Origin: Patescibacteria group bacterium | GTDB taxonomy: Bacteria; Patescibacteriota; Minisyncoccia; Phycocordibacterales; UBA12079 | DNA length: 64,000 nucleotides | Reading direction: 5' to 3' | Assembly (NCBI GenBank): GCA_018817595.1 | Contig: JAHITU010000001.1 | Location: 32,109 to 96,108 of the forward strand | In this document: one piece after another, positions 1 to 10,387 of the stretch | Position numbering within the stretch: position 1 is the stretch's first letter | Layout: each line of letters starts with the position of its first letter | The notes under the pieces: model-generated | What the model was told of the DNA's origin: nothing | The model's input: only the letters and a program-made list of their open reading frames with translations | Database searches by the model: none | Translations under genes and position numbers: made by a program

Positions 1-89
1 GCTTGCCCCCAAAAACCAACATCTAAAATATTATCATTTTCAGAAACTAAATCTTTTATTAATTCTTTTTTAGATTTATAAATATTCAT
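1..89 (-). CDS. SAM-dependent methyltransferase, N-terminal fragment (runs off window)
   Basis: ATG at 89, reads MNIYKSKKELIKDLVSENDNILDVGFWGQ with a motif I-like ILDVG. Confidence 0.6.
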   Translation of the reverse strand, partial: MNIYKSKKELIKDLVSENDNILDVGFWGQ

Positions 90-97
90 ATTTTCTT

Positions 98-760
98 CTA
101 TTTTTTAAACCAGTGATAAATTTCTCTTAAAATATTAATAACTAAAAATCCTATAAAAACAAAAGGTTTCCAAAACCAAAAAACACATTTACTGAACAAA
201 ATTTTGATAAAATTTACTTCTTCATTTTTCCCTCGCCATAAATAGGGACCAATAAAAAGTGAGTCTGGATAATTTTTTAAAACACAGTGATAATATTTCC
301 TCTGAGCATCATGAAGAAAAACCACTCCATTTGGTTCTAATAATTCCTTGGATTCTAATAAACATCTTCTTCTTTTTCTACCATCAACTAATATAAAATC
401 AAATTTTTTATTTAATGTTTTTGGGTAATTTACATATTCAGTCATTTCTATATTCTTTTGTCTTAAATTATTATTTCCAACATCAAAAAGAACTACCTTT
501 GTATTATTAAGACCTTTTGCGAAATTTATAACCTTTTCATACCATTTTCTATTGTATTCAATACTTAACCAACTATAATCTATATTATTATCTATAAGAA
601 ATTTTGAAAAATAAACGGTACTGCCCCCACTCCCCCATTCTAAAATATTTATTTTTTTATTTTGATTACCTAATAAAAGTAATTGTTTTTCAATTACTTT
701 TATTTCACCTTTTTTCATAAATGGTTTTATTTCTTCCTTCATATTATTTTTTATACCCAA
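98..760 (-). CDS. class I SAM-dependent methyltransferase
   Basis: ILEWGSGGST and FDFILVDGR motifs. Confidence 0.75.
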   Translation of the reverse strand: MGIKNNMKEEIKPFMKKGEIKVIEKQLLLLGNQNKKINILEWGSGGSTVYFSKFLIDNNIDYSWLSIEYNRKWYEKVINFAKGLNNTKVVLFDVGNNNLRQKNIEMTEYVNYPKTLNKKFDFILVDGRKRRRCLLESKELLEPNGVVFLHDAQRKYYHCVLKNYPDSLFIGPYLWRGKNEEVNFIKILFSKCVFWFWKPFVFIGFLVINILREIYHWFKK

Positions 761-1638
761 GCGAATATTTTTTGCTTAGTTTTTTTAATATTATATTCTG
801 GAACATAATCCAAAATTAATTTTTCTATAACTTCAGGATCGTCGGGAAGATGATATATACAGATAGACAAATTAGGTTTAAATCTTTTAATTGTTTTTTC
901 AGCCCCTTTAATCAAATTTCTTTCCATCCCTTCAATATCAGCTTTAATAAAATCAATTTTTTCCAAATCATTGTCTTCAACAAAATTATCTAAAGTAATT
1001 TGCTTAACTTTCTCAATCTTATTTTTTCCTTCCCTTAAAACATTAGAACTACAACCTAAAATATCTTCATTAATGGCAAAGTTTAATTCACTTTCTTTAT
1101 CTCCTAATGCATTTTCTATAACTTTAATATTCAAAAGATTATTGTAACTTATATTTTTGTTAAGAATCTCAGATGTTTTTTTTACTGGTTCAAAAGCAAA
1201 AACTTTACCATTGGTTCCTATCTTTTCTCCTGCTAAAATAGCAAAAAATCCTAAATTAGAACCAGCATCAATAACAATATCCCCTATTTTTAACTTTACA
1301 CCACCCTCTTCATAAGGTCCTTCTAATCGAAAAGCACTATTATTAATAAAGTTATTATAAATATATTTGTTATTTGAAAGAAAAATTCCCATAAAATCAG
1401 CAATAGGAACATGCTTTCCACAATAAAATCTTAAATCTTTATATTCAATAAAATCTTCATTTTTCTTATGTTTTATAATACCTTTATTAATAAGCAAATT
1501 TATTCTAAAATTCTTTTTTCTAGCAAATGGAAATATTGTATAAGCAACCACTTTCCAATCTTTATTAAGAGATTCAAACATTAAAAATTTAGTTCTCCAA
1601 TATATTTTTTTAAAAGTATCTTTTATTTTTTTTATCAT
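751..1638 (-). CDS. FkbM family methyltransferase
   Basis: VIDAGSNLG, VFAFEP, IDFIKADIEGME. Confidence 0.9.
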   Translation of the reverse strand: MIKKIKDTFKKIYWRTKFLMFESLNKDWKVVAYTIFPFARKKNFRINLLINKGIIKHKKNEDFIEYKDLRFYCGKHVPIADFMGIFLSNNKYIYNNFINNSAFRLEGPYEEGGVKLKIGDIVIDAGSNLGFFAILAGEKIGTNGKVFAFEPVKKTSEILNKNISYNNLLNIKVIENALGDKESELNFAINEDILGCSSNVLREGKNKIEKVKQITLDNFVEDNDLEKIDFIKADIEGMERNLIKGAEKTIKRFKPNLSICIYHLPDDPEVIEKLILDYVPEYNIKKTKQKIFAWV

Positions 1639-2786
1639 ATTAATTTTTTGTATTCTTCTAAAATATTTTTTATTTCAAATTCCTTTGATCTTAGTTTAAT
1701 ATTTTTAGAATATTTTTCCCTTAATTCTGGTTTTTTATACAATTCTAAAATCATTTTAGCAATATTTTCAATATCTTGTTTAGCGACAAGAATACCATTT
1801 TTCGCATACTCTATATTACCTTTTTCTAATTGATTATCCAAATTAGAATTGGGGTCCAATAATTCTCTTGACCCAGAACCACAATCCGTAGCTATTATAG
1901 GTAACCCTAAAATTCCGGCTTCAATTAAAACATTAGAAAAACCTTCCCACAAAGAAGTTGAAATAAATATATCTGAATTAGCCATATAAAAATATGGATT
2001 TTGAACAAAACCTTCTAAGTAAACATCTTTCAAATTCGAATCTTGAATTTGTCTTTCTAAATTTTCTCTTTTTCCTCCTTCTCCTAAAATAATCAATTGA
2101 GCATCAATTTCTTTTTTTACTAAAGCAAAAGCTTTAATTAGGGTTGTAAAATCTTTCTGTGAACCTAATCTTCCAATTGCTAAAATTTTAAATTTATCAG
2201 GATATTCCCAAACTCCATTTTGAGATTTTTCTTTTATATCTTCAATAAATTTTGGATTATAAATTACTTTTATTTTATCTTTTGGTATTTTTGAAACAAT
2301 AATTAAGTCTCTTTTTACATTTTCTGAATTTGCGATAATTTTATCTGCTTTTGGATATAGTAACTTAATCAAAAAAGGAATTAATTTGTCTCTTTTGTTT
2401 TTATAATTTTTAAATAAGTCAGAAAAAGTCATTCCCACTCGGACAAAAACTTTAGTTTTTGTTCTTGAAATCATTTTGGCTAAAATTAAAATTAAATTAG
2501 CATGTTCTGAAGTCCCTAGAATAAATAAAGGTTTATTTTTTTTAAGATAGTTAATTATTGGGAAAATAGAAAAAAATATTCTAGAAACATTTAAATCAAT
2601 AATACTAATTCTAGAATCTATCGTTTCAAGCAAAGACCCTTTGCAAGTAAACAACAATAAATCTACTTGGAAACCATCCTCTGTAAAACCTCTAGCTAAA
2701 TCCAAAACCACTTTTTCTCCTCCCCCTCCGTATAGTCCAATTAAGAAAAAAGCTACTCTATTTTTATTTATCTCTTTTTGTTTCAT
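1635..2786 (-). CDS. glycosyltransferase family 4
   Basis: GGGEKV, GRLGSQKD, EGFSNVLIEA. Confidence 0.9.
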   Translation of the reverse strand: MKQKEINKNRVAFFLIGLYGGGGEKVVLDLARGFTEDGFQVDLLLFTCKGSLLETIDSRISIIDLNVSRIFFSIFPIINYLKKNKPLFILGTSEHANLILILAKMISRTKTKVFVRVGMTFSDLFKNYKNKRDKLIPFLIKLLYPKADKIIANSENVKRDLIIVSKIPKDKIKVIYNPKFIEDIKEKSQNGVWEYPDKFKILAIGRLGSQKDFTTLIKAFALVKKEIDAQLIILGEGGKRENLERQIQDSNLKDVYLEGFVQNPYFYMANSDIFISTSLWEGFSNVLIEAGILGLPIIATDCGSGSRELLDPNSNLDNQLEKGNIEYAKNGILVAKQDIENIAKMILELYKKPELREKYSKNIKLRSKEFEIKNILEEYKKLI

Positions 2787-3835
2787 TTTAGTAAATCTTT
2801 TAAAGATTCTTCAATTATACTTAAAGGAACTTTCTCTAAACATCTCAAAACCTTTCCTCTACATTTTTCTAAATGCTCTCTCCCCTCATGTATATTATGT
2901 TTACAACCTTTAACGGAATAAAGTGTTTTTGCATTTGAATTATAATAAGAAATCCAATTAGGTGTTGTTGCTGGATGAGTAATAACTAAAGATTTTTTTC
3001 CTAAAAAAGAAGCTATATGAGTTGTCCCTGTGTCCACTCCTATAAAAAAGATTGATTCGTCTATTATTGTGGATAATTCCGAAATCTTTTTATTTATCAT
3101 AGTCAAAACATCTTTATTAAAAACTGAAAGAACGTTTTTCAAAATATTTTCATCAAAAGAACCTCCTGTTAAAACAATTTTCAAAGTAGGATACAACTCT
3201 TTTATTTTCTTAATAATATCTATAATTTCTTTTTCTACTAAACTTCTCCCTAAAGAGGATCCTTGTGTATGAAAAACAATGTATTTATTTTTCTCCAAAT
3301 TGTTTTTTTCTAAAATACCTTTGTCTTTTGAATAATTAAAAGAGGGTTTTTCTTTTTTTATTTTAAATCCTAAGTTTTTTATAAACATTTTCAGAAATTC
3401 TGGATAAATGATTTTGGTATCATACTCAAATAGTTCTGAATAAATAAATTTATTTATTCTCCTCCTATCGTTAAAACCGATTAATTTAGAACCTCTAAAT
3501 AATGATATTTTTCTAGCTATTATTTTTATATATAAAGAAAGCTTACCTGGAGTTGGAGCAGTAATTACTAAATTTTTTGAAAAAGAAAACTTAATTAGAG
3601 TTACAATTCTCAATAATCCTATAAAGCTTTTACGATTAGCTAAAATAATATTTATATATGGATATTTTTCTAAAAATTGTATAAGTAATTTTTCATTTTT
3701 AGGAACAACAACAAACAATTTCAAAACAGGATCGTTTAAATGAATATTCTCTAGAAGAAAAATAGTCATCAAAAAATCACCAATAGAACCATTTTGAAAA
3801 AATATTAGATTTTTATATTTGTTTTTCATTATCAA
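2783..3835 (-). CDS. glycosyltransferase family 9 (heptosyltransferase-like)
   Basis: SIGDFLM and FIGVDTGTTHIA motifs. Confidence 0.85.
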   Translation of the reverse strand: MIMKNKYKNLIFFQNGSIGDFLMTIFLLENIHLNDPVLKLFVVVPKNEKLLIQFLEKYPYINIILANRKSFIGLLRIVTLIKFSFSKNLVITAPTPGKLSLYIKIIARKISLFRGSKLIGFNDRRRINKFIYSELFEYDTKIIYPEFLKMFIKNLGFKIKKEKPSFNYSKDKGILEKNNLEKNKYIVFHTQGSSLGRSLVEKEIIDIIKKIKELYPTLKIVLTGGSFDENILKNVLSVFNKDVLTMINKKISELSTIIDESIFFIGVDTGTTHIASFLGKKSLVITHPATTPNWISYYNSNAKTLYSVKGCKHNIHEGREHLEKCRGKVLRCLEKVPLSIIEESLKDLLK

Positions 3836-4397
3836 TCTTTTGTTTACCGACCATGGCTACACAAACTATTTCTGAATTTTGAACTCTAAATAATTTTGGT
3901 AATATTCTTATAAAAATATTGTTATCTAACTCAACAAATTGATTATGGAATCTACAAGCAAAAGACAATTTTTCTAAAGTAAATTGAAGGCTTTCCCTAT
4001 CCCATAAAAAATAATGTTTCCCATGTTCTGGCAAATAAACCTTCGCCTCATTTTCATAGCCATACCGATTAGGAACAACAATTAAAATCTTTCCATAATC
4101 ATTTAACATTTGTTTAATCTTCTCTAAAAGACCAATCGGATCCTTGATATGTTCTAAAACGTGTTTTAAAATAACTAAATCAAATTTTTCCTTAGTCTGA
4201 AAATTTTCTATATCTCCTTCAAAAAACTCGACATTTTTATTAATGTTTTTTGGTCTAAGTCTATCAATTGCAACGATTTTATCTAATTTTACCGAATTAG
4301 AAGATAACATGTTTATTATATTTCCATTACCACAACCGATTTCCATAACACGGTTTCCATCTTTTATATATTTTAAAATAATATTTTCAACTTTCAT
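3813..4397 (-). CDS. class I SAM-dependent methyltransferase
   Basis: MEIGCGNG, HVLEHI, LIVVPN. Confidence 0.9.
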   Translation of the reverse strand: MKVENIILKYIKDGNRVMEIGCGNGNIINMLSSNSVKLDKIVAIDRLRPKNINKNVEFFEGDIENFQTKEKFDLVILKHVLEHIKDPIGLLEKIKQMLNDYGKILIVVPNRYGYENEAKVYLPEHGKHYFLWDRESLQFTLEKLSFACRFHNQFVELDNNIFIRILPKLFRVQNSEIVCVAMVGKQKIDNEKQI

Positions 4398-4401
4398 TTT
4401 T

Positions 4402-5451
4402 TTATTTAATTAAGTTTAATAATTGTTTTTTCATATTTGTCATCATTCTTTTAGAATTTAATTTGTTTTCTATAATCTGCCTTCCTTCGTAAGATAAATT
4501 TTCATACAAATCTTTATTATTAATGAGACTATTAATTTTTTCTCTCAAATCCTTAGGATTTTCAGTTTGATAAATTATTAATTTATCTTTTAAATTGTAA
4601 TCAATAATCCATTCTTTTAAATTAGTAACAACAGGCTTTCCACTAGCTAACGCTTCCAAAAGAACAGTTTGTCCAGAACAATCCGAACCGATTTTTTTAC
4701 TAGCCTTTGAAGGAACAACAATAATTTGTGCATTACTATAATAACTTCTTAACCTAATTTTATCCACACTATCTATTATTACTAGGTTCTTAGGAAAGTT
4801 TTTAATGTTTTTTAAATTTCTTTGCGGAGAAATTATAATAACTTTTTTATTTATCAAAGAAATAGCTTCAACCAAGGTTTTGAAGTCTCTACCAGCATCA
4901 AGTCCGACCGATAAAATATAACCTTGATGCAAATTATTTTTTTGATAAAAATCATTATCTACACCAAATTTAACCACTTTCATTTTACTGATTTTTAAAT
5001 TATTAGAAATCAAAAATCTCTCTTGAAAATTTGACAAATTAATAATAAAATCAGCGGATTTTATTATTTTCTTCCAAATAAAAAGTTTAACTTTATTACT
5101 TTTTGATAAAAGAGTGACTAAATTAATATTAAAAATTACCCATTTATTTTTACTTTTAAAAAAGAACCTTAAAAATAAAAGATCTAAATATTGATGTAAA
5201 ATAACGATATCATATTTTTCTAGATTTTTAATTAATTTTATCTTCTTATAGATTTTTAAAAAAAAGTTTCCCTGATAATATTCTCTTATATTTAAAAAAC
5301 AAAAATCAATCTCTGGATCATTCATCAAAAAGTTAAAACCATACAAAGAATTGCTTGGAGCCTCTCCTTTTTTCCATAAATCTAAGTATCTATTTTTGCC
5401 AGAAGCTAAATAAACAATTTTTATTGTTTTATTTTTCATTAATAATATCAA
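4402..5451 (-). CDS. glycosyltransferase family 4
   Basis: RDFKTL, SGQTVLLEALASGKPVV. Confidence 0.85.
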   Translation of the reverse strand: MILLMKNKTIKIVYLASGKNRYLDLWKKGEAPSNSLYGFNFLMNDPEIDFCFLNIREYYQGNFFLKIYKKIKLIKNLEKYDIVILHQYLDLLFLRFFFKSKNKWVIFNINLVTLLSKSNKVKLFIWKKIIKSADFIINLSNFQERFLISNNLKISKMKVVKFGVDNDFYQKNNLHQGYILSVGLDAGRDFKTLVEAISLINKKVIIISPQRNLKNIKNFPKNLVIIDSVDKIRLRSYYSNAQIIVVPSKASKKIGSDCSGQTVLLEALASGKPVVTNLKEWIIDYNLKDKLIIYQTENPKDLREKINSLINNKDLYENLSYEGRQIIENKLNSKRMMTNMKKQLLNLIK

Positions 5452-6472
5452 TCAGCTTTTCCCCTAAAATTTTAGGAGTACAGTTCTGAGTTAATTTATT
5501 ATACCCATTTTGAGATAAATTACCTCTCAAAATTGAATTTCCTTTTAATTCCAATATTGCCTTTGATAATTCTTCGGGATTTGCTCTAGGAATTAAATAT
5601 AAATCATTTTCATTAAACAATTCTTTTATAGCAGGAGTATCCGCAGTAATAACTGGTTTTCTACAAGCTATACATTCATAAACCTTATTCGGAATTACTT
5701 TTTGAGTCTTACCAGTATTCCCAAAAATACCTAAACAGATATCTGATTGGTTAATAAAATCACAAAGTTTTTCATAAGGAACATTTTCTTTAAAATTTAT
5801 ATTTTTTAAATCATAATTTCCATATTGTTTTTTAACACTAGAACCTATTATATTAAATTGAATATCTTTTTGCTTTTCCAAGATTTTTGCTGATTCTAAA
5901 ATATATTCAATCCCTTGTAGTGGAATATTTGTCCCATGAAAATGAACTACGAATTTATTACTTTCTTTTTTTTCTCTTGGATTAAAAATAGAAATATCTG
6001 TCCCGACAAAAAGTCTATAAAATTTTTCTCTTTTAATATTAAATTTTCTAACAAAATATTTTATGTTTTCGTTTGTATCTAATAAAATTTTGTTTGCAAA
6101 TTTACATGACAACCAATCTAGAAAACAATAATATTTAGCTTTCAAAGTTCCTTTTTTAGTGGTTTTTCTATCAAATACTTCAGATTCATAAATAGGAGCA
6201 AATAAATCAAAAACAATCTTTTTTCTAGTTAAAAAACGAGCAAGGATCATAGTTTGAAAACCTGGAAAAGCTACAAACAAAACATCATAGTGTTTTCTAA
6301 TTTCCCAATGTTTTTTGATTAAATCTAAGTATTTAAATAAACCATTTTTATCAGAACGACATTCTAATATTTTTACGCCATTTTGTTTTAAACCATTAAT
6401 TAAAACACAATTTCTTGCATATTCATGATTATAAATCCCAAAAAAACAAATTGTTAATTTTTTTTCTTCCAT
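5429..6472 (-). CDS. glycosyltransferase family 4
   Basis: FHGTNIPLQG, VIPNKVYECIACRKPVIT. Confidence 0.85.
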   Translation of the reverse strand: MEEKKLTICFFGIYNHEYARNCVLINGLKQNGVKILECRSDKNGLFKYLDLIKKHWEIRKHYDVLFVAFPGFQTMILARFLTRKKIVFDLFAPIYESEVFDRKTTKKGTLKAKYYCFLDWLSCKFANKILLDTNENIKYFVRKFNIKREKFYRLFVGTDISIFNPREKKESNKFVVHFHGTNIPLQGIEYILESAKILEKQKDIQFNIIGSSVKKQYGNYDLKNINFKENVPYEKLCDFINQSDICLGIFGNTGKTQKVIPNKVYECIACRKPVITADTPAIKELFNENDLYLIPRANPEELSKAILELKGNSILRGNLSQNGYNKLTQNCTPKILGEKLIDIINEK

Positions 6473-7557
6473 TATATTTTTTGATAAAGTCTTATTATTT
6501 TTTTTATCAAATTTTCTAAATTATGGTCATTCACAACAATATTTCTTAATCTTTTTCCTATTTTTATTTTATCTTCCTCAGATAATCTTATAATATTTTC
6601 TATTTTATTACTTAAATCATTAACACTCTTTGGTTTAAAAAATAATTTTTCTGAATATTCAGCAAAAACATTTTTAGAAGAATCATTTGATGATAAAACT
6701 AGTAAACCACACGACATTGCTTCTAAAATTGCCTTATCCAATGACCCTGTTTGACTTGTATTTACAAATAAATCGGCTCTATGCAAATAATCGACTATTT
6801 CTTTGTTTGGAACAGAACCTATAAAACTAATATTATTTTCTAAACCATAATCTTTGACTTTTTGTTTTAAATTTTCTAAATATTTTTTTTGGTCTGGTTT
6901 TCCTACGCCACCAATGATATCCAATTTAATTTTTAAACCTTTTTCTCTTAAAAATTTAATCGAGTTAATTAAGGTATCGTAATCCTTAATCGGTGAAATT
7001 CTTCCAATGGTAATTATACTAAAAATATCTTTTTTTAGGTTATCTTCTTTTTTATTAAATCTATTTACATCTATTCCATGACCAGTAATATTCAATTTTT
7101 TAGTTTCTAGACGAAATGATTCAGAAGTGGCTGAAAATATAATATGGGTTAATTTTTCTGCTAATCTCAGCTTTAAATCTACGGATTTATGCATATACCA
7201 TAAACCAATTTTTTTACCCCATAATCGCCACAAAAATCCTCCTAGAACGACGTATTCGGGATTCATGTGAACAAACACATTGTCGTAATTGTTTCTTTCT
7301 TGCCAGATGTATTTATAGAAGTTTGCTATGTATTCTTGTTTACTGGACTGCTTCGCTATGGCTCGCAGAGACGAAGTGTTTTTATCTTTACCCAAAGATA
7401 AAACCTTAACATTACGAGGTAAATCATGTTCACCCACACCTAAGGCAATCACTGTGATTTTCTCACAATGTTTAGCGAATTCAGCAATCCACCCATGGAA
7501 AAATCCGAGGATATCATCATTTTTATCTACTTTTTGTGTGAGTATTAATAATTTCAT
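6472..7557 (-). CDS. glycosyltransferase family 4 carrying an in-frame repeat-derived segment
   Basis: GRISPIKD, GSLDKAILEAMSCG; 7343-7375 matches the intergenic repeat at 19537-19567. Confidence 0.88.
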   Translation of the reverse strand: MKLLILTQKVDKNDDILGFFHGWIAEFAKHCEKITVIALGVGEHDLPRNVKVLSLGKDKNTSSLRAIAKQSSKQEYIANFYKYIWQERNNYDNVFVHMNPEYVVLGGFLWRLWGKKIGLWYMHKSVDLKLRLAEKLTHIIFSATSESFRLETKKLNITGHGIDVNRFNKKEDNLKKDIFSIITIGRISPIKDYDTLINSIKFLREKGLKIKLDIIGGVGKPDQKKYLENLKQKVKDYGLENNISFIGSVPNKEIVDYLHRADLFVNTSQTGSLDKAILEAMSCGLLVLSSNDSSKNVFAEYSEKLFFKPKSVNDLSNKIENIIRLSEEDKIKIGKRLRNIVVNDHNLENLIKKIIRLYQKI

Positions 7558-7578
7558 ATTAATTAAATTAATTTAAAC

Positions 7579-7606
7579 TTGCTTTTTTTTTATCTCTTGT
7601 TATTAT
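7579..7606 (+). promoter_or_regulatory. putative sigma70 promoter pointing antisense into the mazF 3' end
   Basis: TTGCTT-16 nt-TATTAT with TG extended -10; no plus-strand ORF follows. Confidence 0.4.
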
Positions 7607-7663
7607 TAAAGTATAGATGGCCCTTAGGGCTCGCCTGCCTCAGGCAGGAGAAAGAAAAAACCG

Positions 7664-8053
7664 TTAAAGAGAGTTCGCTTTCTTGACGGCTTTTTTAATT
7701 TCTTCAAATATATTTCTACCAACAAATCCTACCTTATTTACTAAACGAAGACTATCTATATTTTTTAATTGAGACAAAATAGCAATAGCTTCTTTTCCAT
7801 CAACACTACCAATTGGACAATAATATCTACCTAATTTTATTTTACTAGTTAAAGGTATTGCTAAAAAAGAATATTTATTATATTTTTTCAAAATTAAGAC
7901 TGGGCGTGTAAAATCTTCGCTTTTACCATCCGTTTCATACCCAATATTAATACCAAGTTTGACCCACCATATTTCACCATCACGAAAATACAATCTATCT
8001 TTTTGTTCATTTATTTCTTTTTTCTTTTCATTCCAAATATCAAAATTTTTCAT
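7664..8053 (-). CDS. mazF: PemK/MazF family endoribonuclease toxin, no adjacent antitoxin gene
   Basis: GEIWWVKLGINIGYE...RPVLIL...IPLTS...LSQLKNID pattern. Confidence 0.85.
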   Translation of the reverse strand: MKNFDIWNEKKKEINEQKDRLYFRDGEIWWVKLGINIGYETDGKSEDFTRPVLILKKYNKYSFLAIPLTSKIKLGRYYCPIGSVDGKEAIAILSQLKNIDSLRLVNKVGFVGRNIFEEIKKAVKKANSL

Positions 8054-8110
8054 ACGTACAAAATATTACACTAATTTATTCTTTTTATATAATTTAAGAC
8101 TTACTAGACT

Positions 8111-9271
8111 TTAAACTTTGTAGACTTTTGACTCTTTTATTGTTTTTAACCAAGCATCTTTCATCATATTTAGCGACTCATTTTTTGTTTGAGGGACTTT
8201 TCTTAAAAAGTCATTATAAGCCTTTTCTTTCAATTCTTCTAACAATTCTGGATGTTGTTGTGCGTTTATTAAACTTTGAGTTAAACACTTCCCATCTCCG
8301 ACATCACACAACAGAGCATTATTTCCACTCAAAATTTCCCCTACAATCCCTACATTAGTGGTCAAAATAGGACAATGAGAAAGAATGGCTTCAACTAAAG
8401 AAAGTCCATAACCCTCATAATTGGATGTAGATAAAAACAAATCAGCTGTTTTATAATAGGAAATAGGATCGTCAGTCCAACTGTTAAAAATAATATTTTG
8501 CTCTAATCCTTTTCTTCGAGCTAATTTTCTTAATGAATTCCTTTTTGAACCAGACCCCACTATTACTAAACCAGTTTTAGGAAAGACTCTAACGACTTCC
8601 TTCATAGCCGAAATAGCCAAAGCAATATTTTTCTCTTCTTCCAAACGACTCATCATTAAAATAATAAATTTAAATTGGGGATATTTTTCTTTTAAGAAAA
8701 AGCTGGGGGTGATAACCTGAACCAAAGCAGTGCTAGAAAAAATAGGAATAACTGTTATAAATTTATTTTGTATTTCAAGGGGTAAAGAATTTTTTATCCT
8801 TTTAGAAACTACTCTAATATGATCGGCTTTGTTTAACAGAAACCTAGCTATCATTGTTCTAATACGATTCGCAAAAGAATGTTTTATAAAATATTTATTA
8901 AATAAATCTGTATGAATTTGCAACTCTAATTTAGTTTTTAATTTTTGAGAGATTAACCATGCAATAACTCCTGTTTCATATGCATCTTGTGCTGTGACTA
9001 AATCAATTTTAGTTTCATTTTCCTTAATTAGAGAATTTATTTTTAAAGCTACTTTTATAGCATCTCTAATATAAAAAAAACTATTTCTGGAATTAGTTGG
9101 ATATAGATAAACATTTTCACCTATTTTTGTCTTTCTAAAAGGTTCATTTTCTTTATTTAAAATAATCACATCTAATCTATCAATTAAAGTACCATAATCA
9201 AAAAGCCTTTGTCTTACATCAGAATTTTCTTCAAATACTTTTCTGTCTATAGATATGGATAATATTCTCAT
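8111..9271 (-). CDS. glycosyltransferase family 4
   Basis: SRLEEEKN, YEGYGLSLVEA. Confidence 0.88.
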   Translation of the reverse strand: MRILSISIDRKVFEENSDVRQRLFDYGTLIDRLDVIILNKENEPFRKTKIGENVYLYPTNSRNSFFYIRDAIKVALKINSLIKENETKIDLVTAQDAYETGVIAWLISQKLKTKLELQIHTDLFNKYFIKHSFANRIRTMIARFLLNKADHIRVVSKRIKNSLPLEIQNKFITVIPIFSSTALVQVITPSFFLKEKYPQFKFIILMMSRLEEEKNIALAISAMKEVVRVFPKTGLVIVGSGSKRNSLRKLARRKGLEQNIIFNSWTDDPISYYKTADLFLSTSNYEGYGLSLVEAILSHCPILTTNVGIVGEILSGNNALLCDVGDGKCLTQSLINAQQHPELLEELKEKAYNDFLRKVPQTKNESLNMMKDAWLKTIKESKVYKV

Positions 9272-9289
9272 GAATCTAGTATATCAAAG

Positions 9290-10387
9290 TTATTGCTCTT
9301 TTAAAATTTTCTCTAAATTAGAAATAGTGTTTTCTATTGAAAACTTTTGGGATTTATTAAAAGCATTAATTACTATTTTATTTCTAAATTCATCATTTCT
9401 GATAATTTTATTCACAGCACTTATTATTTGTTTTTTGTTGTTTGGTTCAATCAAAATACCATCCATATCATTCTGAATTAATTCTGGCAAAGAACCAACA
9501 TTTGTAGCGATAACTGGTAATTTTAAATTCATTGCCTCTATAGTATCAAAAGAAAAAGATTCCCAATTGGTATTAAATACAAAAATATCAGAATTCTTTT
9601 TTAAATCTAGTAATTCATCTCTAGAAACTGGCCCTGTCAAAATAACATTCTCATCTAATCCAAGTCTTTCTATAATTTTTTCTAATTCTTCTTTTTGAGG
9701 ACCTCCTCCTACAATTTTTAATTTTAGATTCGGAATTTCTTTCAAAATATCTGGCATTGTTTCTATCAAAACATCAAAACCTTTCCAAGGCACTAACCGT
9801 CCCACAGACAATAAAACCTTACTTTCGACTTTATGAACTTTATGGACTTTTGACTCGTTTAGTTCAATCCCGTTATAGATTGGAATTATTTTATTTGAAT
9901 CAATTCCCCAATTAATAATTACTCTTTTAAAATAATGACTAGGCACTATTACTTTTTCAGCAGACCAAGCGACTGCTTTTTGAATCATCTTTAGAAATCC
10001 AACAGAAAAACCATATCCTTTTTCTTTTACTGAAAATACATCGAGATTATCCTTCACACCAAATCTTTGTACTCCCTGCTCCCATGCATAATCCCCCGCA
10101 ATTCTAATTAAAAATCTTTTTTTCAAGATTTTATTAGCCAACATAGTCGGCATGCCAACACTCACAGGATCCTGTGCATAAATAATATCTACTTTTCTAG
10201 CTCTTTTTAAAATTTTAAGGAAATAGACAAAGTGGCGAATTATCTTAGGCAAATTTCGTACTTCTCCAAATGATAAAATCTCTACCTCAATCCCTCTTTC
10301 GGGTAATTTGTCATATAATAATTTTGAATATGTAGCTGGTCCCCCAATATCAGGTGGATATATTCCTGTAGTAATTAATATTTTCAT
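9290..10387 (-). CDS. glycosyltransferase family 4
   Basis: YPPDIGGPA, GRLVPWKG, ESFSFDTIEAM. Confidence 0.9.
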   Translation of the reverse strand: MKILITTGIYPPDIGGPATYSKLLYDKLPERGIEVEILSFGEVRNLPKIIRHFVYFLKILKRARKVDIIYAQDPVSVGMPTMLANKILKKRFLIRIAGDYAWEQGVQRFGVKDNLDVFSVKEKGYGFSVGFLKMIQKAVAWSAEKVIVPSHYFKRVIINWGIDSNKIIPIYNGIELNESKVHKVHKVESKVLLSVGRLVPWKGFDVLIETMPDILKEIPNLKLKIVGGGPQKEELEKIIERLGLDENVILTGPVSRDELLDLKKNSDIFVFNTNWESFSFDTIEAMNLKLPVIATNVGSLPELIQNDMDGILIEPNNKKQIISAVNKIIRNDEFRNKIVINAFNKSQKFSIENTISNLEKILKEQ

